Positions 14,401 to 27,705 of a stretch of 64,000 bases of DNA are shown here, one piece after another. The stretch covers positions 7,392,735-7,456,734 of the forward strand of contig NW_002060944.1 of assembly GCF_000150275.1 (NCBI RefSeq), in the 5' to 3' direction. This stretch comes from Trichoplax adhaerens. Lineage: Eukaryota > Animalia > Placozoa. The number at the start of each line of letters is the position of its first letter. The stretch's first letter is position 1. The position numbers were made by a program, and so were the translations under genes. The notes beneath the pieces are model-generated. The model had not been told where the DNA came from and did not search any database. It saw nothing but the letters and a program-made list of their open reading frames with translations.

Positions 14401-16989
14401 AAAGGATTTTATTTATATCGAAATGTAACGACGGGCATAAGTCAGTGCCAAGGTATTTTAACAAATATATAGTCCTTATTATGTACTAAATACTTCATAC
14501 TGTTGTGTCATTGTCGTTATCGTAAAAGGAGCGATCTAGAACCATTTAGTGGTTTATGCTATTCTAATCGATTCATCATATCGTTACAAGACGGCCTGCT
14601 GTATACAGGATTGATTAGACTGAACGGCACTTACACAGTTGCGTTGGATAACCCAGAAAGCCAAGCTTATGTCTTACTCAAAACGGAAGTCGTAACTAAA
14701 GTAAGATAGAAATATTGAAGTAGTAGATTCTTATACGATATTAATTGTTGTTAAGAAAATATAATTTTTTTTTTTTTTTACATCGATGATAAAAACTAGT
14801 TGACGGTCGTCTTCTCCAATGATAGCAGAACACAAGATCGCGTTCAGCAGATCTCAATATTAAGTATTAGGTATATACTGTATTCATTTTTTGTCTCATA
14901 TCTTCTAGTGTTCCGTGTTTAAGCAGATTTTAACTTAAAATTTTAGCTTGATCGCGAAGACACACAATATAACAAGTTATGCTTGCCTCATTTTGCTCAA
15001 TAACGATTATAATAGAATTAAATATTTAATACTGGCGTTTGATTGTCAAGTAAATATAATTTTGAAATTGTAATTCAACAGACCTGGGAGTATTTTAGTC
15101 AATTTTACTTTGACGTTACTCCAAAATGCTACTTCAGTTACTACGGATATTATTAGAGAAATAGCTGAAAATGGTATTACGAGAATCGGTGACTACCCTG
15201 TGACGTCTTTTCACATTAAAGGTATGAAGAACTTGTAGCCAATGTAATGTTACTTTACTACTCAATTAAAAGTATTATAAATTATCAATCTTAATCCGTT
15301 ATCGACGATTTGAAAACAAAATTACTGCTGATTAAGTTTACAGTCATCTTCTTTCTTATCAAGATTACAATGACTGTGTTGACCCTCAAGCTAATACTTG
15401 TTCCAGCTTGCAATCATGTACTAATACGATGGGAACATTTAGCTGCCAGTGCATTTCTGGTTATAGTTGGAATTCAGAGAGTAACCAATGCGAAGGTAAA
15501 TAGATATTTACTCAAAAGGAATGCAGATTGTAAAGTATCAAGTATTAATATACAAAATGAACTGTACAAAATCGATTTATTAATTCCTTAATACCCCTTT
15601 TAATTTTTAATTATAGATATAAACGAATGTTTACTCAATGCAACATGCGCATCTAACGCTATTTGCGTTAACATTTTCGGAGGATTTAAATGCCAATGTG
15701 AGAAAGGTTACACTGGTAATGGTTTGCGTAACTGCTCCTGTAAGTTCTAAATGATGTTTAAACTACTAGTACAATCTAAGTCTATCAATACCTAGTTTTG
15801 AATTCATGATGTACCAATATATACGTTAAGTCTATTTCTAAGACTTTTTAAGCGTAATCGTACTTTACCTAATAATTCTTGTCAATGCGAAAAATAGCAG
15901 AGTAAAGCTATATAGCATTAGTGGATGAAATGCATGATGCAGTTAACAATATAACTGATCTTAGCTCCTTTCGATCACCTACACTACTAAATACTGTACT
16001 CAATCCACAATTTCTTAAATCATATAGATCTATGTTAGATGATACTGTTTTGTCGCTTTATTTTACTTTTGTAAGAAAGCACTAATTATACAAACTTGTT
16101 AAGTATTGATTTTCAGTAAATCACTTGACAATAGCAACTCCAAATCAAAAACATAATAGTAAAATTAACGGGATTAATTTAATATCTTCTTAGCCTTATG
16201 TCCGTTGCATTTCTGTCAAAATGATGGACAATGTCTTTACTTGAACGACAGTTTTATCTGCAAGTAAGTTATATTCATATCTTTAATATATATATATGAC
16301 CTTGATCCTACGGTAATATCAGTTGCATAGTTATTTAACAATAATAAACTACAGGGTCGACATTAATAGAATAGTTATTAACATACCTTACGACTAATAC
16401 TAGTTGTACAAGTGAATTTTATGGTCCAAGCTGTGAAAATGCTGTATCAACAGGTAAAGTCTAAAATTATATATACTTCACTAAGATATTACAATAATGG
16501 CTAAATTATTTCTCTCGTAGAAATATCTTAAAATATGTAAAATATTTAGATAATTATTTTCTACGATAGTTAATACAGTCGCAGTGATCGGAATTGCTCT
16601 CGGGTCAGTGGTAGCGGCTCTAGTTATAATTCTATTGGCCATTTATTTGTGGAAGAAATTTTATTCAACGTACGTATAAACTGTATGCATATATCGTAGT
16701 ACAAACAGAACATTCTTACCATTAATGACATTGCTTTTCAATTAAGCCTTTTATCGATCTTTATAACAGATACAAAGTTAGTGATGTAGTAAACCTAAGT
16801 AGCAGCGATGCTGACGACAGAAATGATGCCGACAATCAAGATAATAGTGATCATGGCTCGAGTCGTTCTAGCTCCCGTAGCACTGCTCAACAAGCACGTC
16901 CAAATCGGCGAAGTTGCTTTTGGCTTTCCAAAACATCTGATTACGATAGTTACACAAGTTTTGATGCCAACACTACAGAGAATCAATAG
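1..16989 (+). CDS. Large type-I transmembrane mucin-like protein (MUC4/SUSD2-like NIDO-AMOP-vWD core, ~26 EGF/cbEGF, SEA, TM); 5' end lies upstream of the window
   Basis: Spliced by eye through GT-AG introns. S/T/D/E-rich exons 240-605, 841-1206, 1437-1796, 2043-2408, 2581-2808, 2936-3334, 3536-3592, 3692-4090. 13 EGF exons 4173-7271 (DINEC...C..G(F/Y).G.G..C). NIDO ~7362-8600 ([33 protein letters not shown]). AMOP ~8620-9332 (PCPC, QRCCY, CC...C..Y...RP...C). vWD from 9479 ([32 protein letters not shown]). ~10 EGFs 10780-14452, SEA 14591-15221, 3 EGFs 15364-16453. TM exon from 16570 ([27 protein letters not shown]). Tail ends at TAG 16987-16989. Confidence 0.9.
1939..1962. repeat. (TA)n microsatellite in a mucin intron
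   Basis: Uninterrupted TA run of about 12 units. Confidence 0.9.
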
Positions 16990-19900
16990 TTGTATAATTA
17001 TCATGATTCATATAAAATATTTGCGATCTCTATGTATAAGAGTAATATGACTTATAAAGTTATATATCATCGCAATTTAATAGTTTATAATCAATGATCT
17101 CGAATGTCGAAGTTTATATAGACCACTAGTTCCTTTTATTACATACTGGTATTAATCTTTATAGCCCATTTCAGATTTTGCATTTAATTATTTTGTTTTT
17201 TACAGCATCTAAACTTGAAGGTCAAGTGACTCTGAAGAACAGATAATATCAAATGTATTTTATATACTTATAAATTATATACAGTTGGCATCTGAAGAAG
17301 CAGTTTATATTTTCAGCTTCTTGGCTTTAATACGTATATATAATATTTTTTAAGCATTAATCATTTTGTCTTAACTGATTGGAAGACAATGGATATTAGT
17401 ATTTATCCGCTGTACTGTATCTTAATATATCGACAACGCGATACCCTAGTACGTATGCGATATGCGCAATAATTTAATAGAATAAATAATATAAAAATTA
17501 CTGGAAGCAGATCAATGAATTAGTTATCGGTATAAATTTTCTATTAGAAGATTATAATAACAGGTATGACATTTTCATAAAATCTCTATTTTGTACTGTA
17601 TCTCATACACTAATTAATAAGTTACTTACTGCAAGATCGCTGTACTAGTGTAATTATAGCTTAAACTCTATGCAAGTAATAATATTTAATGCACTGTATA
17701 TATACATTATACCCGTAGTGCTACTCTAATTTTGCCATGATATAGAAATATACAGGTGGACCATTTTGGTTTCCTTAATATTACTACAAGACATCAGTAG
17801 TCGCACTTCTCGTATAACCATTACCAATATACTTTAAATTAATTATAAGGTGTACATAACTATTTCTATGACATACGCGTATATAGCTGATTCATCTACT
17901 GATTGTCTTAAGTAGTAATTATCAAAGGAAGATATTAGATCTAATCAATTATTATGGGCAAATCAGATTATTTGGTAGTAAATAAAAAAATTGTCATCTT
18001 TATAACGTGCAGAGTCGATTTTGCCGTCTTGATCGTTTTTATTATTCTTAACTTGAAAAAGAATATCAGCGGTAGTACCAAGTAACTAATAAATACTGAT
18101 CTAAGTTGAATTATAAATGGTAATTAGAAAATTGCTGTAACATTTACACGTTTTACCGATCCATCCATCCATGTCTTAAAATATTCTTGAAAAGGGAATT
18201 TAAAATATTTATCGTTACTTTTTACTCAAATATCACGTCGTGATGACACGATTTTAAAGTGGTAACATCTATCTCCATCGATTGGCTATATAAGGATAAT
18301 AGCGGACTCCAATGATTTTAATTATACAGCGCAGCCATAAGGTTAATTTTAATTTAATAGCCAGTAATAAGCAGCGTCTGTAATTCACTTAATTCAATTA
18401 TAACCACTCCTAAGATTACGTCAACTGTATTCGCCTAAACCTACGATAATACGATAATAATTATAAGAATTTCAAACTGAATTCACTTAAACTAATAATA
18501 ATTAATTCAGACGGTATTATCGTTAGCAACTGTATCATTTCTATTGGGCTTCATAAAGGCAAAATCGTTCTTAAATCTTTACTCAAAATTCAAGCAGATA
18601 CCCCAAATTGGATAAAGGGATAGAATATTCCTTATTTTCAAAAGGGAAAAAAAGAATTGAATAGATTTACAACAGTTAGCTTGCCTGCGCCGGTAATATC
18701 AATGTAAGATAGGAATCTTATTATTACCACATACGGTAACTTATCACTTTTTTCAGTTCACATCATCAGATGATAGTTTTAGTAACTCTTTCGTATGCTG
18801 AGTCAATCAGTATGCAATACGATATAATAAATTAAATTGATAAATGAAATAGAATTCAATTGAAATCTAGCTCAGGTAGTGAATGTTAAAAAATTATATT
18901 ATCTGATATTGAAACTCTATTACACCAAGAACCTAACTGCTCTATTTTAAATCGACTTAGAATCTCACAAAATAAGTGATAGTTTAAATTTATCGTCATT
19001 GTAATGTTACTCTTTACTGTTATGTCCAATTGCTATTAAGAGCTCTTTAGCCAGTGATATAGTTACAGATTTATGCTTAGTTAGTCAACGAACCCCTTAT
19101 TGGGTTGGCTTTACCTATTTATACAAGCGCAACTGTAGGTACTTCCTTTGCAGAGACTGTATTGAATGTATTCTACTCGGTGCTATATTTATTATATTTA
19201 TTATTTATGTATCGTGTGCATATCAGTATCATGAATGTGCAAATTCGAGCTACAATACCATGCTATATAGAACACGAACTTACCCTATCAGTATTTCAGT
19301 CATCAATATTGTCTAGCGAACATTTTATACTCTTTCGTGATATTTTCGCCATCACGTTGATCCTAAAGACTAGGCATTCATCTAATTGAAATAAGTCTAA
19401 GTTCTCTTTTTATCCTAGATCAAATAGACGAATATGACGATTGACATGATAAATCTAGAATACATATATATGTGCTTGTATGTTATATAACATAACTGAT
19501 TGGATTTTTTAAGTAGCGACAAGGAATTAGAATGCATATTATCGGAAGAGTTACTAGATATTCATATCGAAATATTTATTTCCATTAATACTATTAATAT
19601 CCGTTGACTCATTTAAATTACAATCTAGCATCACAAATTGGCTCTTTATGTCTAAACATAATCTAAGCAAATATATATGTGTAAGTCTGCTAAACTATCA
19701 TTTCAATGAAGTTAAAGTAGCTAATATGCGCATATTAGTCAGAAACTATGGCTGTCCCTATAGTAAAATAGACCCATTTTACTCTCTACGTCTATTGCAT
19801 CGTACGCGATAGTCCGATCGATGTGGTAAAGAAGCTATTAGGAACATAAAATAATTGTAATTGCTCCAATTATGCCAATATCATTGATACAACCTAAAAT

Positions 19901-20329
19901 AGTAATATGCTGTCCATTACAGTATCGTTTTTTGTTATTATGATTAGCTAATATCATCACCTACTAGGCCATAAATGGCAAAACGAAAAGTGATTTTGAT
20001 ATTGTTATCGAATCAACAATTGATTTTAATTCCTTATAATGGATTGATTAATTCAGCTCTAACTGTATAATAAACTTTTAGACTGAATTTTAGTTGAAGA
20101 AAAGACGGATTTAACCTCTGGGATTTAGAATTTGATCATGGTAAAATATGATACTCACAAGTATTTTTTAATTTCAGAGTATATCTAACTTGAATATATC
20201 TTTAAATTTGTAACGGATAGCTTTGATAAAGTGCAAATCGATTATAAATTAACGATAGATTGATGTCATATCTAGACGTCATTATTTATCGAATTTTACT
20301 ATACAGGAAAGGTAGTATCATATTAGATC

Positions 20330-23300
20330 ATGAACAGACTCGTAACACTTTCAATTTTGTTATATTTTTTAAAATTAGATAATTATTCGAGATAGTAGTT
20401 AAAATTTCAGCAATCTTTCGAAGAGTCTCTACAAGTAACTTATACTAGAAAAATAAATAACTATATAAGATATTTAGCCCGTGTATTAAATGATAGATAA
20501 AGCAGATTCTCAAAGCACAAGTAGATCAAGAAGATATCTTTGATATATCAGCTAATGTTAGGCTACATTGTTTTGCCAAAAGACGACCATCTAAATCCCA
20601 AATATTTGTAACAGCAGTTCGATTTACTTGACATCTATATATTGTCTCGCATCAGAGATTGATCATTTTTTTGGCTGCTTTATTTTCTATTCAGGTTTAT
20701 CTATCCTATGTTTCCAATTACTTGACTATAATACTTTGGATAACCGGTAAACTTTTAAATTTACGCCTATACAAATCTGATCCATTTTGTGAATCTATCA
20801 CGTAATTGACAAAGTTGCATTAGTAACAGCTTATCGAATTAATCGTGATATTATTACCATATATCAACACTAAGATTAAGAAATTTAGTAGGAATAAATA
20901 ATTTTACTGCAGTAACTATTCTGTGTTGAGGATTTATTTTTTAAGAGGATAATCAACTTAGAAATATTTATTTGAAAGTTAATTTTTCTTCATGCTAGTA
21001 ATTCAGTCTACCCTGTATTGGCAAACTGTTACTCCTGAAACATCTCTCGTGCTGGAAGAACTTGAATCTGTCGAAGCAACAGGTACATCGGAAATTTCTT
21101 CAAGCGGTAAGAAGGTATAGCAAGTTAGCATTTAATTTAATAAACTTATTCGCTAGTTCATGTTGTTCTTCTCTAGAAATAAATCTGCTTTCATACTTTA
21201 CCCTAATGTATAATTTAATATTCTAATGTGATATATGAGTATACCAAGCCCGTTATCTGATTAAAGATTTGCAGTATATCGTAAATTCATAATATCTCAA
21301 AGAGTTACTGTATTGATTATAAACAGACTTATTCTGATATTCAACTGATTTAGCTATTCTTATATCTAAATGCATCCTTACTCATATAAAATTTGCTTTT
21401 ACTTACGGATACCGTCGAATTTCAATTGAAATGATTAACTAATAACATCCAACCTAATCAACCACACTTAAAATTGTTAAAATAGTAAATGATAGTGTCT
21501 TATAAGTATACTGAACTATTCTTACACTTTTTTTAGTACTTTCCCTATTATGTTTAAGCTAAACTAATTTTATCATGAAAATACGGAGTCCTTAGCAGGG
21601 GCTAAATTTTCGCTACTACAACTACCGTAAAGCCTTAAACCACTTCAAATTTCATGATATAGAGCAGACATAATACCTATATATCAATTTATAATTCGAT
21701 ACTATTTCTATACTTTTAAACTTTCCTCATTATCACATTAAAGTTAAACTAATTCCTTGTCTAAATACCTTCAGCATACTAGTGTAAATTTTTATATGAC
21801 TGAGCACAGTGATTAGTTTACGATTAGTAAGATATTCATATAATATCTATCTACCTAATCTATAACTAGGGCTTAAAAGTTGTCATGAACCTAAATTAAA
21901 GCAGGAGCTGACTGAGTCTGTATATTACATAACTGAAAATAATTTAGCGTTGTTTGATCTTAAAACTAACTATCATCGTATATTTCATAGCAAATTAGAC
22001 GTTCACCATTTCTATCCCAATCTGAGTATAGTGATTAGTTCGCAGTTAGGTAATCTATATCTAGCTAATGTACAACTAGGGCTTAAAAGTTGACATAGAG
22101 TCTGTGCATTACATGACTGAAAATAATTTGGCCTTGTTTGACCTTAAAAAATTATCATCTTGCACTGTGATTCACAGTAAATTAATTGTTTACCATTTTC
22201 TATCTCAATCTATACTGAAATTTCTACTATTAATGCATGCAGTAGATTCTTCTTTGACAAATTAAATAGCAGATCAATTTTTCGATTTACCTTTGTCTTC
22301 GTCTGTGGCTGATCTTTTGCAATATTATTGAGTAATAAAATAAAGTTGTACCATAACTTATAAGTAACAAATGTTTATTGACTTTCTTTTTCCAATATCT
22401 TTGCATGTGGTTACTAACATTTATATAATTATCTCGACAGATGATACTACCAAGTTTACGTTAATCGAGAGCTTTCAAGCATCCAGAGTACTCATGTCAT
22501 CTACTTCAGAATTGATAAATGTTCTGATGAAAACCTCTGTATCCACTGATGATCTACTAATAGGTCATTTAAAATTAAATAGTGGCTTATTTTGTTTCGA
22601 GTGTAAAAGAGTTACGGGCATTTACCTTTCCATCTGATTATAATAATATTTTAATATATAGGTAATACTCCTGCAACTCAGAGCGCAAGCAAGTTATCAA
22701 CTATGGTACCTGGCTCTATAATGGCTACTGATTCTTCTCTAGGAACTATGGCACCTAGTTCTCCATTGGCTATTGATTCTTCTTTAGGAACTATGGTATC
22801 TGGCTTCACAATGGCTACTAATTCTTCTGTAGGAACTATAGTACCTGGCTCTACAATGGCTACTAATTCTTCTTTAGGTTACTTAATGTTGATATTAAGG
22901 TATACTATATTGTAAAGCAGCAGTCGATCTCTAAATTTTTATTTATTATAGTCTTGAACAGCTCACAAGAAACAGTCTTGTCGTCGACAGTGACAAAAAT
23001 ACCAACCCCTGTACAAGCTACAAATCCTCCTTCAGGTTCTCTAATATTCAAGAAATCTTATGGATGTTAGAATATCTATGTATTCTATGTGATGTATTAC
23101 TGTTAAGATGATTTATCATATTTAAACTGATATAATCACTATACTATGGTATACTATATTGTAAAGCAGCAGTCGATCTCTAAATTTATATTTATTATAG
23201 TCTTGACCAGCTCACAAGAAACAGTCTTGTCGTCGACAGTGACAGAAATACCAACCCCTGTACAAGCTACAAATCCTCCTTCAGGTTCTCTAATATTCAA

Positions 23301-25034
23301 GAAATCTTATGGACGTTAGAAAATCTATGTATTCTATGTTTTGTATTACTGTTTAGATGATTTATCATATTTAAACTAATATAATCACTAATCATTCTAA
23401 CTACGATAATTCTACTATACTATAGTAACAACTAGTATGCCAATTTCGACCACTACCATGCCTCCTTCAGGTTATTTATGCATTGACTATATAACTATGA
23501 TGTTCGGATCTTGTTTGGATAAAGTTGAATATATCGGTGTTCGAAAAGTAGAAATAGAGTGGATATCCTTCATTATAGTACATCGAATTACATTTAAAGT
23601 GACGCCGTCACTATTAGGAATAGCAACAATAGAGGATACATCGATTAATTATTTTACTATAAAATTAATGGCAATTTAACGTATACTCGTATAACCTAAA
23701 TGACTTGTTACTAAAATCAATATCTTCCGAAATATTAGGCGATCTTTGCGTTTCCCGAGCTGATTGTAATGATCGAGGGCCATGCATAAATATTACTGAC
23801 ATCAATCATAAAATCTGCAGGTCATTAAGATAAATAGCGAACAAATAGCGTTAGATGCATGAAAATTATAACTGTAAAAGTAACACATATTGAATTAATT
23901 CATGACTGTTATGAAATGTATTTTTACAGAAGACTTCTAATGATTAGTCGATAAGAAAATTTCTAGTTTTACCTTTATTAACTGAATGCAATATTAAGTT
24001 CATTACTCAGGTAACTAAAAGATTGAACTGTAATGATTCTTTTACTACATTTATAGATGTGAGATTGGTTATTTTGGAAATAACTGTCAATTTCGTGACG
24101 AGCTTGCACTTCGAAAGTATTTTGAAGATAATAGTAAGCTATGGAAAGATTCATTTGTCTAATTAATTAGCAAGAAAATACTGTGGTCGATTAAAGTCTT
24201 AGAATCACTGCCAATAATGACGCCTATTTTTACTGCTGTTGTTAGACTGGAGGGCAGTGGCCTGCATTTTTATTGCAATTAGTTGCATTCTGGCTGTTAT
24301 TCTTGCGGGCTTGTTAATTCACAGTTGCAGAGCTAAGCCGTAAGTTTTTGATATAACTGTTGCTCAATAAACTGACGAAATTTTATAAATAGAAATTAAA
24401 TAATCCTTTATAAAACTTTCGAATAGATAGTTTATATACTGTACATAAGCTTATACCTACAGCACATCGAACTAAAATAGAAGAAAGTTTTAAATTAAAA
24501 GATATATCAATATTCTTTCTATATAGCAAAATACTCCGTAAAAAAACACTATTGCAGAAAGAATTTTAGTCGTTATCTGTTGAATGATAAGATGTAACAT
24601 TTACATAATCATGACTGTCGTATATTTAGGCAATCTGCCTCAGCAGAAATAGAATTATTAACGAAGAAATATAGACGAGAAGCAGGATTAAATGATTCTC
24701 ACAGTAATACACATTCTCGAGTCCGTCAAAGCGGTACCAGACAACCCAATCTACATGACGAACATGTAAGATTTTCATCGTATTCTGGCAATCACCCATT
24801 TTAAATTTACTTACAATCATGAAAATAAATAGTAATTGAAGAAAGTTGACCTCGGGAAGATTTATCGGAATGATTTATTATGTTGTATTATTTTTATTCT
24901 CTTGCATCGTCTTTATAAGATACATTCATGATTTACTTGGTATTCTCGTATATTATTAGGATCTCGGCGTTTCCAATCCAACTTATTCCGGGACTGCCGG
25001 TCACCATCATGGAAATGGAAATCAACATGCCTAA
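20330..25034 (+). CDS. Mucin-like type-I membrane protein: S/T-rich ectodomain, one juxtamembrane EGF, TM, cytoplasmic NPxY tail (start tentative)
   Basis: Tentative first exons 20330-20341 (MNRL) and 20695-20746 (VYLSYVSNYLTIILWIT, signal-like). Phase-1 S/T exons 20999-21106, 22441-22563, 22662-22877, 22952-23035, 23201-23284, 23426-23470. EGF split over ~23739-23820 and 24057-24133 (CVSRADCNDRGPCINITDINHKICR|CEIGYFGNNC). TM exon from 24246 (WRAVACIFIAISCILAVILAGLLIHSCRAK). Tail 24630-24765 and 24960-25034 (DLGVSNPTYSG...HA*). Confidence 0.75.
21850..22212 (+). repeat. Imperfect ~200-bp intronic tandem duplication
   Basis: aactagggcttaaaagttg...gagtctgt...ttacat.actgaaaataattt...accattttctatc occurs at ~21864 and ~22074. 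Confidence 0.75.
22700..22877 (+). repeat. 45-bp (15-aa) coding minisatellite x4
   Basis: TMVPGSIMATDSSLG / TMAPSSPLAIDSSLG / TMVSGFTMATNSSVG / TIVPGSTMATNSSLG. Confidence 0.9.
22899..23390 (+). repeat. 249-bp tandem duplication of an 84-nt exon with flanking intron
   Basis: Exons 22952-23035 and 23201-23284 (VL(N/T)SSQETVLSSTVT(K/E)IPTPVQATNPPS) with near-identical flanks. Confidence 0.95.
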
Positions 25035-27705
25035 CAGAAAGTGATCAACTTAAGTGAATTATTTTATTGCCAAGCGTGGCGTTGTATCTATAAGATTGAT
25101 CGAATAATTTATTGAAATAGCGTTACACTAATTTGGATCGAATTATTTTCTCAAATTGCAATCCTATTATGATATGGGCAGTAGATAACGTTGAATCTTT
25201 TTATTGGAAGAATATTGTATATCAAGGACATGTCCTTGGGTACATTTCCACATGATTAGCACTAGAGTAATTCTAGTGAAAAGATTAAGTTAAATAGAGT
25301 CCACTGCACTGGTATCTTACTTTTTATATTAGCATTGATATTAATGGTCTTCTACTTCAGCTTTATCATATAAAATTACAGTGGAGTATAGTTCAATTAA
25401 AGCTAGTTGCATTCGATACGATATCTTGAATTATACTACTACTTTATAATCTTTTACAATAATTATTTTATCTGTATCCTTCATGTGATACCAGAAATTA
25501 CTCAATATGAATAGAATTATCCCTTTGCTTGGGCAATTTGATCCGTCATAGCTGTTTGACCGTTAGAAATTTGAAGTCTTTAAAGTTTAAACAAGTCCCA
25601 GCGACTTATATTATCCATCTGCAATCGGCATTTTTTTATATTGTACTCGCATACTTTATGCGCCACCATAACTCCTGCTAAAAATATTTTTAAACTTAGT
25701 AAACTATATGGCAGGATATTTCTGTTTTAATTTTGAGTTTAAAAGCAATCGATTTCATTTTTCAACGTCAGTCATGATAATTTATCTGCTATTGAATAGT
25801 ATGAAAAGATGATTCTATTTATCAGTCATTACATGCAAGGATAGCGATAATACCAATGTTTAAAAAATGTATTTCACGATATTTACGGATTAACTGTATT
25901 TTCAATAGTAGAAATTTCACTATTATAGATTCTTTTGGTATAGCAATTTCCTAGATGCTAATCTTGTTATTTATAGCTGATTGGACAAAATAATAGATGT
26001 TTTTGTTCGCCACTACCACATGAATTTATATCTGTCTGCTGTATTAATGTTGGAATAAATCAAATGTTCCTAAACGCCTTAAAAAAATGGAGCACATCCT
26101 ATATCCTCTATGTATATACGCATATATTCAAATTGGAGTGTCCGCTTTTTGCCTAATACGTCTTCGCGATGGAAGAAATGGTTATGTAGGTTAAAATCCT
26201 GCATACACACACACACATACATGCGTATAATCTACCGTATGAAAATTTAAAGTTTTGATTAGTTAAAATAAGAACAATTTCTTCACCATACGTGTTCGCA
26301 AAGGGAATAAATACTCAACTGTACATGTCATTGACATTATCCAACCTAGCACAAGTACATTAGCTATGTTGGATAGTATCAATTACACAAAAAGTAAACA
26401 GTATTTCTCTCTCTCCTCATTTTCAACAATCAAGCTATTTTAGTTTACATAATACGGGTGAAAGTATCGTCTACCAGTGAATATTTAACCAACAAACTGA
26501 GAGATTGTTATTTATAGTTTGCAACGTAGGCACTGATAGGCGGCACAGCACACTTACCACCACTCTAACCTAATAATTCTAACACTTGGTTAGTGAGACC
26601 ATTATTGCATCCATTTCAAATGCAATCATATAACGAATATTTACATCGATGATACTTACGATTGACTGCCTGTTCTACGTGATATCGACTGATACGAATA
26701 TCTAGCGAATTATTGTTATAGAGAAGCAGATACTGTAATCCATTTGATTTATGATTTGTAATCACGTGAAGGAGTGATAGATTCTCATGTAAGATATTCC
26801 TGTGGAGAAATAGCAATTCCTTGCGAGTAACTTTTGTACATCCTCATAATTGGCAAACAAAATCACATTGGCTAACACGTATGTTAACTACAGCATAGAA
26901 CTGCTCCAATGTCTACGAGAATGATTGACCATATTTCTAATTTACCAGCATGATAGTAATGATTCGCTATTGCATAGATCCAGTCAGCGGGCATAATACA
27001 ACTGCAATTACTTTTGCGATGTTATTAGAGTAAGGAAATGTCTAATCTACTTACAATTTAGACGTATCGCCTGTGCAAGTGTGCATGTACTGTAAGTTGG
27101 AGGTAAATAATCTTTTGCCTAGATGACAACTTGATTACATCGTCGATAGGAAAGTTCATCCATATATCTGCAATTTTTGGCCTCCTTTTATTATAATACA
27201 GTATCTACCTAAGATATTACAATGCTGTCCATTTGGAAAGGTTACCAGTAGCATATCGACCAGATAATAACAAATCATAAAGCTTACGCATATTGACTAA
27301 ACTCTATCGTATTCCACACACAGTACAGTAGTATAAATCTCTCTCTATCCCTACTGTACATGCGTCCAAAAAGACGAAATATTATTATGTACATCCATGA
27401 AGAAAGGTCTACTACGTCTTATAATGCATATCATTACTGCTACCTGTAGTAAATATTTTAACAACCATTCAAAGTAATAAGCAAAAAATAGAATGAAAAG
27501 GCATTACTTGCGATCGGTACCATAGCAAAAGTGCTTGGGCAAAGTTAGAGTCATGGTTTGCATGCCCAATTGCCCATGTCTAGTATGCCAAATGTAAACA
27601 TTCATTTGCTTATGATAGGAACAAGGTCCTTCCTTTACTTCCAAATGTGATACGTTGGCCTTTTTTGGATGCCATCGCACGGACTCTAGCAGGAGACTTG
27701 TAACA

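Noticed and set aside
18281-18293. ATTGG plus TATATAA as a promoter of the second mucin-like gene
   Set aside because: 2 kb from the tentative ATG, and such motifs are common by chance in AT-rich DNA.
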